The notes: a model not told the origin generated them from the letters alone. Numbered from the stretch's first letter, positions 16,866-26,026 are shown. The stretch is DNA of 61,968 nt from Candidatus Heimdallarchaeota archaeon (GCA_023136245.1 JAGLRO010000003.1:1-61968); one strand, 5' to 3'. Made by a program: numbers and translations.

Positions 16866-18098
16866 ATGCCATTAAACATCGCAATGTTATTCGAACTTGG
16901 ACCTGATGATAATGGTAGTATAGGTGGAGGAGTAGAACTTCACGCAATTAATCTATCAAAAGAGCTTGTCAAACAAGGACATGAAGTTACTTTCATAACT
17001 GGAGCAATTCCTGAATGTAAAGAGAAATACAATATAGATGGTGTTGAAATTAGGAGACTTGAACTCTGTTCGTTAATCAAGAGTTCCTACAACCCTCAGA
17101 AACTTAATTTCTCCAGACAAGCATTCTTCTTAATGAAAGCATTATTATCGAGACAGAAGAAAATTATTGAAAACGAAAGCTTTGATATATTTCATGGTCA
17201 TGTTTATTCAGCAGGTATAGCAGCCTACATACTAGCAAAAAAACAAAGTGCAAAATTCATAAACACCATTCATGGGTCATATTACAAGCATTGGAAGCAA
17301 ATTACAAAGAATAGAGCTTCTTCCTTTTTTTATAGAAGAATGGAAAGGAGTATTGCGCCATATCTCGCAAAAAAAAGTGATTTTCAAATTCATACAGATT
17401 ATGACTTTGCTGATACTGTGAAAAAATGGTGTAAATTAGAAACTCAGAATAAAATTGTTACAGTTCTAAATGGAGTTGACATAAAAAAATTCAGTCCAGA
17501 CATCAAACCAGACCCAATGTTTGATCAGAAAAAAGGACCTAAAATTATAGCTACAAGGAGATTAGTTGCAAAAAATGGAGTTATTTTTTTAGTTAGAAGT
17601 TTCAAAGAAATATTAAAGAAATTTCCTTCTGCTGAATTATTCATCATAGGTGATGGCCCAGAAAAGCAACGTTTGGAAACAGAATCGAAGTTACTAGGTA
17701 TTCACAGGCAGACTCATTTTATTGGAATGGTTCCAAATGATCGCATTCCTTCGTTTTTAGCTGCTGCAGATATTGTAGTAGTTCCCAGTATAGTAGAAGC
17801 ATCAAGTATTAGTGTCTTAGAAGCCATGTCCATGAAAAAACCGATTGTTGCATCCAACATCCCTGGAATAAGAGAAATATCAGATTATGGAAAAAACTGT
17901 GAATTGGTATCACCTATGAACTGGGAAGATTTAGCTAAAGGTATCACTAAACTACTCAATGATGAAGAAAAAGCAGAAGATTTAGCTCGTTTGGGTTTCG
18001 AGGAGAGCACAAAGAATTTTACTTGGGAGAAGAAAGCTAAAGAAATAGAACAATTATATTATAGGACACAAGAAAATAACTCACAACAACTTCATTGA
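16866..18098 (+). CDS. glycosyltransferase family 4
   Basis: GGGVELH near the N-terminus and EASSISVLEAMSMKKPIVASNIPG (EX7E region). Confidence 0.8.
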   Translation: MPLNIAMLFELGPDDNGSIGGGVELHAINLSKELVKQGHEVTFITGAIPECKEKYNIDGVEIRRLELCSLIKSSYNPQKLNFSRQAFFLMKALLSRQKKIIENESFDIFHGHVYSAGIAAYILAKKQSAKFINTIHGSYYKHWKQITKNRASSFFYRRMERSIAPYLAKKSDFQIHTDYDFADTVKKWCKLETQNKIVTVLNGVDIKKFSPDIKPDPMFDQKKGPKIIATRRLVAKNGVIFLVRSFKEILKKFPSAELFIIGDGPEKQRLETESKLLGIHRQTHFIGMVPNDRIPSFLAAADIVVVPSIVEASSISVLEAMSMKKPIVASNIPGIREISDYGKNCELVSPMNWEDLAKGITKLLNDEEKAEDLARLGFEESTKNFTWEKKAKEIEQLYYRTQENNSQQLH

Positions 18099-18104
18099 GA
18101 TAAA

Positions 18105-18965
18105 ATGAATACTGAAACACATTTCTGTTTAAGAGTTGATGTAGACACCTTTGAAGGATTAAAAAAGGGAATCCCCAAATGCATCAAATTTGCTGAAAAA
18201 ACTGGTTGTCCTATAACTATGTATCTTAGTTTAGGTAAATATGTAACAGGAAGAAATATCTTCAGAATAATTAGAGATAGGGAGAAAATTAAAATCACAA
18301 TACCTCCTTGGAAAAGAAGTTCAATAAGGAGTATTTTTCGAGGGATACTCCTTCCTCCTGCTAAGATTGGTGATAAAGAAAAATATCTACTACAACAATA
18401 TAATCAATCAGAAAACATAGAAATTCAACCTCATGGATTTAATCATGTTAAATGGTCTTCGCATTTTGCAAGTTTCTCTGAGGAAAAAACGCATGAATAT
18501 GTAGATGCATTTATAGAAGAATATGAATCAATTTTCAGTACTAAACCTATAGCAAATGCTGCACCCAATTTTCAAGTAAATGATTATTATTTTCAACTTT
18601 TATCAAATAAAGAGTTTAAATTTTCTTCAGATTTTCAATATTCTCATCCCTTCAATCTACAACCTTACAATATTATTCAATTACCAATAACAGAACCCAC
18701 AATAGAAGAGTTTCTACATCAAAGAAAAACTCCAAAACAAATATTAGAAGTATTCAGAAAGCGATTTGAAAGTTTAAAAAATGAAAAAACCAATTATGTC
18801 TGTTTTTATGTCCATGCTATTTTTGAACCTTTTAAACTAGAAAAGTTATTAGAAGATATATGTAAAATGGTTTATAGATACGATCTGAAACCCACATTTC
18901 AAAGTAATTACTATAATGTTGTTGATGAGTATCCTCAATTGAAATTTTCTCAAATACAAAAATGA
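18105..18965 (+). CDS. ArnD-like polysaccharide deacetylase/deformylase (CE4-related)
   Basis: CLRVDVDTFEGLKKGIPKCIKFA lines up with my recollection of E. coli ArnD ([22 protein letters not shown]). HGFNHVKW matches HAWDHHAW, and FYVHAIFEP matches YTIHAEVEG. Confidence 0.65.
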   Translation: MNTETHFCLRVDVDTFEGLKKGIPKCIKFAEKTGCPITMYLSLGKYVTGRNIFRIIRDREKIKITIPPWKRSSIRSIFRGILLPPAKIGDKEKYLLQQYNQSENIEIQPHGFNHVKWSSHFASFSEEKTHEYVDAFIEEYESIFSTKPIANAAPNFQVNDYYFQLLSNKEFKFSSDFQYSHPFNLQPYNIIQLPITEPTIEEFLHQRKTPKQILEVFRKRFESLKNEKTNYVCFYVHAIFEPFKLEKLLEDICKMVYRYDLKPTFQSNYYNVVDEYPQLKFSQIQK

Positions 18966-18974
18966 GTTGGTTAT

Positions 18975-20126
18975 ATGAATAAGAAATCTGTATGTCTTCT
19001 TACGCAAGAATTCAGAAAAGGAGCTACTTGGGTTTATTGTTCGAATATCGCTGCTGAAATTAGAAATGATGGAGATTGGGAACCATACATTGTGGCAGCA
19101 AGCCAAAAGGAAACAGAAGAATCTGGAGGAGAGGAAAGATTCTCTTTAAAATTGATAAAAACATCCTCATCAAAGTTCTTTTATTCTCGTGATTTTTGGA
19201 AAAAATCCTTATATGAAGTAAAAAAAATCAATCCAACTTTTGTTCATGGTAATATGAATTTGCTTTCTTCATATGGGATAAAAAACCATTATCCAATAAT
19301 CGAAACAGTACATACAACATTTAGTAGAGAAAAACGAGGAGCTAAAGAAGAATCTTTTAGTTCCTTAAGTTGGGTTGAGAAAAGAGCTTTACTTCTTTAT
19401 CCAGTCTTAAGGAGAATTGAAGCAAAGTTATTACACAGAGCCAAACATATAATAGCTGTTAGCGATACAATCAGAAGTGAATTAGAATCTAATTATTCGA
19501 TAGATGAAAACAAAATTTCTGTGATCCCAAATGGGGTAGATACAAAAATCCATCAATATTCAGAGAAAAGAATCTATGAAAAAGAAGAAAATGAATTGGT
19601 TTTAGGGTTTCTGGGAAGAATGACTGCAAGCAAAGGAGGAAAGATTCTTTTTCCTATTTTAGAAAAAGTTAAAGAAAAAATCCCTAAAGTAAAATTGCTT
19701 ATTGCTGGAGATGATTTAGGATCAAGAAAAGAAATCATTAATTTAATCTCGAAATATAATCTGAAGAACAACATAGTAGATTATGGATACATTTACGACA
19801 ACGAAAAAAAGAATTCATTCTTTAGCTCCCTAGATCTCTTCTTACTTCCATCTAGTCATGAAGGTATGAATCTAACACTATTGGAGGCATTAGCTTGTCA
19901 AACACCAGTATTAGCTACTCCAGGTGCTGTTACATTTGATCATGATGGAGTAATTGCAATAACCTCGAGAAATATCAGCGATTTTGTGGAGAAAATAATT
20001 GAGTTTTATGAAAATCCTAAACTCTCAGAAAATTTCAAGAAGAAATCTATAGAAGTTTCTAGTCGATATTCTTGGAAAAGAGCGGCTAAATTGGTGCAAA
20101 CTGTTTATGAAGAAAATCTTCCCTAG
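18975..20126 (+). CDS. glycosyltransferase family 4
   Basis: C-terminal HEGMNLTLLEALACQTPVLATPG (EX7E region) and GT-B length. Confidence 0.75.
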   Translation: MNKKSVCLLTQEFRKGATWVYCSNIAAEIRNDGDWEPYIVAASQKETEESGGEERFSLKLIKTSSSKFFYSRDFWKKSLYEVKKINPTFVHGNMNLLSSYGIKNHYPIIETVHTTFSREKRGAKEESFSSLSWVEKRALLLYPVLRRIEAKLLHRAKHIIAVSDTIRSELESNYSIDENKISVIPNGVDTKIHQYSEKRIYEKEENELVLGFLGRMTASKGGKILFPILEKVKEKIPKVKLLIAGDDLGSRKEIINLISKYNLKNNIVDYGYIYDNEKKNSFFSSLDLFLLPSSHEGMNLTLLEALACQTPVLATPGAVTFDHDGVIAITSRNISDFVEKIIEFYENPKLSENFKKKSIEVSSRYSWKRAAKLVQTVYEENLP

Positions 20127-20176
20127 CACCAATTAACAGGTAAAAATGTTGAGTGTATCTGGATTTGCTATTTATT

Positions 20177-21103
20177 TCAATTAGTCTTTTTTTCGCTTTT
20201 TGGAAGTACAAATAACCAGAATATGGGGACCCACATAATTAAGAATACATAACCTAAGTAGTCGTGAACTGGACCAGCAACAGACCAATCTCGAAAATAA
20301 AAGATGAAGATTATTACAATAACTCTAAGAATGTTTATCAAATAGGTACCAAGTATTCCTACTAGAGTTACAACAGCGGTTTTAAAATCAAATTTAAGTC
20401 TCTTACGTGCTTCGAATAACATTAAAAGGAATATTGCAAAAAAGATTGTAAGAGAATGAATACCACTGCAGCGCGCATCAATTGCTATGCTTTTCAGCCC
20501 ATCTGGTCCATTAAACGTAAGAAGAGTCATTCCAGTGTTGACATTCCAAACTGAATCTACGATATTCAAACCAAAAACACGTAATAATGCAGTAGTTACA
20601 ACACCTGTAATTTTTGTAAGCCATTCCGCAATCGAAAGACGAAATAGATATTCATCAACCCCAGAATAAATCAGTGTGTAGAAAATCGCTGTCAGAAAAA
20701 TCATATATAATGCAGGAGATCGATATTTTCCAAAAAACTGATCATTCCAAGTAAGTAATAATGATGCAATAAATGCAAAAACTATTCCTATTGGAACTAA
20801 TAGCCTAGTAGGGTAATCAAAAAACAATATCCTCACCATCTCTTCGCTTCTATGACCTTCAAACATGATGTAGAAATAAACAACAAAAGCTAGAAGTATC
20901 AAGGAAAAAGTATAACGGAATATTCTTGTCTTGAAAGGAGAGAAGATTGGATTCATTTTATCTCCCAAGGTTTTTAGATGATCTTTGAATCCGGAAATAA
21001 ATTTGGATAATTTAGTTTTTGCTTTCATTATTATGGAAAGTGAATCTTGTTTGCTATCAACTTCTACCTTTGCAGAACTTTCAAAATCTTGAGATTCATC
21101 CAT
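20177..21103 (-). CDS. archaeosortase/exosortase-family transpeptidase
   Basis: About 8 TM helices, with the catalytic-type motif IDARCSGIHSL and the downstream NILRVIV...GPVHDYLGYVF (Arg/His) signature of the exosortase/archaeosortase family. Confidence 0.75.
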   Translation of the reverse strand: MDESQDFESSAKVEVDSKQDSLSIIMKAKTKLSKFISGFKDHLKTLGDKMNPIFSPFKTRIFRYTFSLILLAFVVYFYIMFEGHRSEEMVRILFFDYPTRLLVPIGIVFAFIASLLLTWNDQFFGKYRSPALYMIFLTAIFYTLIYSGVDEYLFRLSIAEWLTKITGVVTTALLRVFGLNIVDSVWNVNTGMTLLTFNGPDGLKSIAIDARCSGIHSLTIFFAIFLLMLFEARKRLKFDFKTAVVTLVGILGTYLINILRVIVIIFIFYFRDWSVAGPVHDYLGYVFLIMWVPIFWLFVLPKSEKKTN

Positions 21104-21285
21104 ATAGTTATTCTCCTAAATATCCAGCTTTGTTTTGTATTTGTTGCTATATTTTTTTGATATATTAGTTTCTCGTTGAGAAATAAATTATGTTTTTCAA
21201 TGTTGTTTATAATATTCTTTTTTCTCTATCTGTTAAACATAACGTTTATTCAACAAACAAGAAAAATTAGAAGAGACTGGATAAC

Positions 21286-21495
21286 TTAGTCATCTTCAAA
21301 AATTACATTGCTATATGCAAATTCCACATTAGGAAAGCGGAAATCTGTTGACTGTTTTGTTGCATAATGCTCCTTGTAAAAATCACGTAAAGCTAATCTT
21401 ATTGCTTCAGACCTTGAAGCATATTTTCCCTGCAGAACCATTTCATCCAGAATTTCTACAAACTCACTCGGCAACCTTATAGATATGAGATTCAT
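21286..21495 (-). CDS. ribbon-helix-helix (CopG-type) DNA-binding protein
   Basis: MNLISIRLPSEFVEILDEMVLQGKYASRSEAIRLALRDFY is a canonical RHH N-terminus. It is a paralog of 6588..6743. Confidence 0.75.
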   Translation of the reverse strand: MNLISIRLPSEFVEILDEMVLQGKYASRSEAIRLALRDFYKEHYATKQSTDFRFPNVEFAYSNVIFEDD

Positions 21496-21542
21496 TTGTT
21501 CACCCCAAGAGACTTAATCCTATTCGAATCAATTAAAATTAT

Positions 21543-21556
21543 ATGTAATGTTACAT
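21543..21556. promoter_or_regulatory. palindrome ATGTAA-TG-TTACAT, candidate RHH operator next to AT-rich TATA-like sequence
   Basis: A perfect 6+6 inverted repeat lies 48-61 nt upstream of the RHH start at 21495. A further TGTAACA copy sits at 21566-21572. Confidence 0.35.
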
Positions 21557-21689
21557 TTATATTTTTGTAACACAGATGCGTACATAGGATTGAGTGATGT
21601 ACCTCGAATCAAGATGTTATTTAAGGTTTGTCACAGTCTTTGTTGATCTACTAAAAAGTTAGAGGATTTTCTTATTTTTATAGAATGTT

Positions 21690-22259
21690 TTATAGATTAA
21701 TTTCTTCATTACATTCATCACATCTTAATGTTGTACCTTCTTCTAAGGGTTCTTTTGCTTTCATCAAAACCTGACCACAATAACAGACATATCCTTGCAG
21801 TTTTGCTGGATTACCAAACACTAGAGTGAATGGTTTTACATCTCTTGTTACAACACTCCCTGCACCTATCATTGCATATTCACCTAATGTATTCCCACAA
21901 ATTATTGTAGAGTTAGCTCCAACTGAAACTCCTTTTTTCACCAAAGTTTTGACTAATGTCCAATCTGGGTTTGTTGCTCTTGGAAGAAAATCATTAGTAA
22001 AACAAACATGAGGACCTATAAAGACATCATCCTCAATTGTAACTCCATGATAAACTGAAACAAGGTTTTGAATCTTGACATTATCTCCAATTGAGACTTC
22101 ATAATCAATGAATACAGATTTCCCTAGGATGCAATTTTGTCCAATCTTTGCACCAGTTCTGACCTGTACCAGACGCCAAATTTTAGTATTTTTACCTATT
22201 GCAACATTTTCTTCTATAAATGCAGAAGGATGAACAAAGAACTTCTTTTTTTCACTCAT
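21690..22259 (-). CDS. left-handed beta-helix sugar N-acetyltransferase (WbpD/WlbB-like) with a C-terminal zinc ribbon
   Basis: FVHPSAFIEENVAIGKNTKIW...KIQNLVSVYHGVTIEDDVFIGPHVCFTND resembles the WbpD hexapeptide core as I recall it. The tail carries CYCG...CDEC. Confidence 0.7.
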   Translation of the reverse strand: MSEKKKFFVHPSAFIEENVAIGKNTKIWRLVQVRTGAKIGQNCILGKSVFIDYEVSIGDNVKIQNLVSVYHGVTIEDDVFIGPHVCFTNDFLPRATNPDWTLVKTLVKKGVSVGANSTIICGNTLGEYAMIGAGSVVTRDVKPFTLVFGNPAKLQGYVCYCGQVLMKAKEPLEEGTTLRCDECNEEINL

Positions 22260-22309
22260 AATTTTCTGAAGGAGAATAGAAATAAAAAAGTTTACATCAG
22301 TTTATTCTT

Positions 22310-23374
22310 CTAAATCCCTTTAACTCTTAATTTAATTTTAACAAAAGGTCTTTTCATCATCCCTTTCACTACCCTCCAGAAGATTGTTCTATCGATAAGA
22401 CCCGATTGAAGAGTAAGGTATTGTCCTTGTTTAAGTACAAGGAAACCTGCTGCTACATCTGACAAAAAATTAGCTCTACCTTGCTTCTTTTTAGATTGCT
22501 TGTATGATTTTCTAAGTATTCTAAATCCCCATCTTCTAATGATGAAAGAATACCAAGGTGTTTGTGCAAACCTATAATTATGAATTTCACCTTTAACTTC
22601 ATATTTAAGTTGGCTAAATCCTTCTCTCTTTGCAGCTTTAATAACAGGAACTGACAAAGGTTTTATCCCCATAGTTTTTGCAGCAACACAATCAGTTGCA
22701 AAAGGATCATCACCTATTATTAATAATTCTGTTTCCATTCGTTCACCATCTGAAGGTCCTGATCCCTCCATCGAAGTTGTTCCATCAATTATTGATAGAG
22801 TAGGTGGAAAAAGCTCAATCAAATCTAGGATAACTTCATTCAGAAATGGATGATATCTTTTCTTTGAACGTCTAGCTATTAGTCCAAATTGATTTTTCAA
22901 AACACATGTAATTCTATGTTGAGTGTGAGTTTTGAGTTTTGCCACATTAATATATTTGGTCATCCTTAGTAAAGTGTCTGAAACTGTAAGTTCATTAAAA
23001 TATAAACCATCTACATGTATTCGATGTTTAGAATCAGCTGATAGGTTTACCAATTCAATATTGTCATATTTATCTTTAATAGTAGCATAACCCATTCTTT
23101 CGAATTCTTCATCTGCTGTAGCTAAAGAATGATCACTTTCTACTATAGCAATTGGACATGTGGAGTTTCTTCTTATAGATTTTATTAGAGCTTCAACAAT
23201 CAAAGGATTAGTTGTACCGCCTTGCTCAGGAGGACGAAAATCACCGAGATTTGGTTTTATGACTACTAAATCATTGTCGCATACTGTGAACTTCAATGAA
23301 TCTAAAGATTCAAAAACCACCTTGTCAATGTCAGTAGACTTTACATTATTTGAGACAATTGTAACAGGAAACAT
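22310..23374 (-). CDS. DUF362-domain protein with a basic C-terminal extension
   Basis: VVIKPNLGDF near the N-terminus, KTH in the middle and IIDGTTSMEGSGP are typical of DUF362. Confidence 0.6.
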   Translation of the reverse strand: MFPVTIVSNNVKSTDIDKVVFESLDSLKFTVCDNDLVVIKPNLGDFRPPEQGGTTNPLIVEALIKSIRRNSTCPIAIVESDHSLATADEEFERMGYATIKDKYDNIELVNLSADSKHRIHVDGLYFNELTVSDTLLRMTKYINVAKLKTHTQHRITCVLKNQFGLIARRSKKRYHPFLNEVILDLIELFPPTLSIIDGTTSMEGSGPSDGERMETELLIIGDDPFATDCVAAKTMGIKPLSVPVIKAAKREGFSQLKYEVKGEIHNYRFAQTPWYSFIIRRWGFRILRKSYKQSKKKQGRANFLSDVAAGFLVLKQGQYLTLQSGLIDRTIFWRVVKGMMKRPFVKIKLRVKGI

Positions 23375-23375
23375 T

Positions 23376-24380
23376 TCAATCCTCCAAAGAAACTACTTTA
23401 GATGTGTTGTTTTGTAAGTATGCGTTTTCTATTATTCTTGAATTTTGAAGTATTTCTCTCTCTTTAGTGATAGGGTTTGTTTTTCCTTGCACAATTTCAT
23501 AAAAGTGAAGTAGTTCATCTTGAAATGGGGAAATTGAACGATTTGGTTTTATCAATATTGGGGGTTGCGCAAGAAAATCTTTTGCATGGTATTGAATCTT
23601 CTTATTATCTGAAATAGCTCTAGCATATCCTTCTGTTCCAAAAACTGTGAAAGAATTAACAGTTAATTTGTTCCATCCGATATGTAAGGATACTTGTACA
23701 TCATTTTCAAATTCTATTGATAAATATGCAATATCATCAACAGCTAATTTTCTATCTTTAGTCAATACATAGGATTGTAAAGATATAGCTTTTCCAAAAA
23801 ACCAAGAAGAAAGATCAACAAAATGCATCATCTCAAACAAAGCTCCACCTCCTCTTTTCTTATCTTGTTGGAATTTTGTTATACTCGGCCATTTGAAGGC
23901 ATTAGCAAAATGTAATCCATGTCCTCCGATCATTCGACCAAACATTTTTTTCTTTATCATTTCATATATTTTTGAGTACTTTCCATCAAATCTCATTTGA
24001 TATCCTACAAGTAATTGAACATTATTCTCTTTGCAGTTTTCAATTATTTCGACAGTCTCATCGACATTCATTGCTAAGGGTTTTTCACAGAAAATATGTT
24101 TTTTCTTAAGTGCAGACTGAATGATAAGATCTTTGTGAAAAGTAGGAGGAGATAATATTAACACTGCTTCTACTCTTTCATCTTCCAGTGCTGAATTGAG
24201 AGTTGATTCAGTAATTGCATCTAATCTGAACAAATTCTTAAGATGCTTAGCTCTATCTTTTTGAGGATCAATCAAGTATTTAATTTTGAATTCTGGCATT
24301 CGCTGCAAAACAGGTAAGTGATAATATTCTGCGACAGCTCCGCATCCTACTATAGCGATTTCAATTTTCTTCTTCATCAC
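23376..24380 (-). CDS. Gfo/Idh/MocA-family NAD(P)-dependent oxidoreductase (WbpB-like)
   Basis: Rossmann start IAIVGCGAVAEYYHLP, the EKPLA motif and a C-terminal alpha/beta domain. It is adjacent to sugar-modifying genes. Confidence 0.75.
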   Translation of the reverse strand: MMKKKIEIAIVGCGAVAEYYHLPVLQRMPEFKIKYLIDPQKDRAKHLKNLFRLDAITESTLNSALEDERVEAVLILSPPTFHKDLIIQSALKKKHIFCEKPLAMNVDETVEIIENCKENNVQLLVGYQMRFDGKYSKIYEMIKKKMFGRMIGGHGLHFANAFKWPSITKFQQDKKRGGGALFEMMHFVDLSSWFFGKAISLQSYVLTKDRKLAVDDIAYLSIEFENDVQVSLHIGWNKLTVNSFTVFGTEGYARAISDNKKIQYHAKDFLAQPPILIKPNRSISPFQDELLHFYEIVQGKTNPITKEREILQNSRIIENAYLQNNTSKVVSLED

Positions 24381-24429
24381 AATATGTACTTATTGTCCAT
24401 GCTTTAAGTATTGTCTCAATTGAATCTAA

Positions 24430-25110
24430 CTAAATTAAATAGTAAAAGATCATTGAAGCAACAAAAGCCATAATGCTGGCTATAACACCTATAAGTACTG
24501 GTACTTTATGCTCAGTACTCAACCCTACTCCTGCTATTATGCTTGAATAAAAAGATGTTATTGGGTAAAGAATATTATTTGCTAAATTGTATCCAGAAAA
24601 TGTAGTATTAAAAGATGTGAATATTTCTTCTACTAGTATTGAAGTAGAAATTGTTGCTTCTGGTTGAGCAATCCCAATAAATATCAGAATTATCAATCCT
24701 AAAACAATAGGAATCTGAGCAATACTAAATATTGAAACAGATCGGAGAAATTTACCTTTTCCACCCATCAATATCATTAGACCATAAATTAAAACAGACC
24801 ACACTAAAATTTGGGGAACTGCAGTTAGTGAAATCCCCAAGTAATAACTCTCCTTGAATGAGTTTACTTGCTCTTCCACAAAAGGTACAAAATCACTTTT
24901 ACTTAGCAATACTGCAAAAACACCTAATCTTAATGACATAAGCAGTATTAAAACAATGATTGGGACACAAATATAGTAGAATTTGGAAATATTCAGAAAA
25001 CTTGAAGAATCTAATAAATGATGACCCATAATCCGTTTTAGAGGTGTTGAATGATATGTATCATCTTGTATTTCGTCAATCTGAGCAGTACCTGCATCCA
25101 TTAAACTCAA
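24430..25110 (-). CDS. Yip1-domain multi-pass membrane protein
   Basis: Five TM helices, with the GGKGKFLRSVSIFSIAQIPIVLG segment typical of prokaryotic Yip1-domain proteins. Confidence 0.5.
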   Translation of the reverse strand: MSLMDAGTAQIDEIQDDTYHSTPLKRIMGHHLLDSSSFLNISKFYYICVPIIVLILLMSLRLGVFAVLLSKSDFVPFVEEQVNSFKESYYLGISLTAVPQILVWSVLIYGLMILMGGKGKFLRSVSIFSIAQIPIVLGLIILIFIGIAQPEATISTSILVEEIFTSFNTTFSGYNLANNILYPITSFYSSIIAGVGLSTEHKVPVLIGVIASIMAFVASMIFYYLI

Positions 25111-25194
25111 TTATCGACAGAATCATTGGTTTTTAAACAATGTTTTTCAGCCAATTTAGAATTAGTGAATAATTAATTTGTAATTAATTTGTAT

Positions 25195-25947
25195 TTACTT
25201 TGAACATGCATCACAAGTTTCATTCTTCTCTATTTCAAAGGTTTCAAAGGAGTTATACTGAATATCCGCATACAATATTCTGTTTGTTAGAAGTTTTTCT
25301 TTATCACCATAAACAAGGAATTTTACTGCTTCATTAGCTTCTATTATACCAAATAGACCTGCAGTTGTCCCCATAACACCTTCTTCACTTGTTGTAGGAT
25401 AAGTTCCAGGTTCTGGGATTTCCTTGAAGACACATCTATAACAAGGTGTTTCTCCTGGAATAACCGTCATTAATTGTCCTTCATATTGAAAGACACCTCC
25501 AATCACGAAAGGTACCATTAACTTCACGCAAATATCATTAACAAGAAATTTTGTTTCAAAATTGTCACTAGCTTCAATAACAAAGTCATACCCACCTATG
25601 ATATCTTCAATGTTATCAGAAGTTAAGCTAATCGCATACTCCTGAATTCGTATATCAGAATTTAATTTTGATAGCTTATCGTAAGCAGAAGAAGTTTTAG
25701 GCTTGGACACATCGTATTCAGAGTATAAAATCTGTCTATTTAAATTTGATAATTCTACTTTGTCTTTATCTAAGATGCCTATATGACCTACTCCTGCGCT
25801 TACTAAATAAAATAGAGCTCCTGATCCCAAACCTCCCAAGCCGATTACTAATACTTTACCATTTTTTAACTTCATTTGCCCTTCTAAACCAAGATTAGGA
25901 ATGATTATTTGTCGATTATACTTTTCCATTTCGTTTTCGTTAAGCAT
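25195..25947 (-). CDS. ThiF/MoeB/UbaA-family E1-like adenylyltransferase
   Basis: YNRQI, the GLGGLGSG nucleotide loop, DxDxVExSNLNRQ, and CYRC plus C-terminal CDAC zinc ligands. Confidence 0.85.
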   Translation of the reverse strand: MLNENEMEKYNRQIIIPNLGLEGQMKLKNGKVLVIGLGGLGSGALFYLVSAGVGHIGILDKDKVELSNLNRQILYSEYDVSKPKTSSAYDKLSKLNSDIRIQEYAISLTSDNIEDIIGGYDFVIEASDNFETKFLVNDICVKLMVPFVIGGVFQYEGQLMTVIPGETPCYRCVFKEIPEPGTYPTTSEEGVMGTTAGLFGIIEANEAVKFLVYGDKEKLLTNRILYADIQYNSFETFEIEKNETCDACSK

Positions 25948-26026
25948 TTCAACTACCTTTACCAGTTATTGAGAGATGACATACTTTTATTTCTAATTAC
26001 TCATTCAAAATTATTTCTTAGAGACA

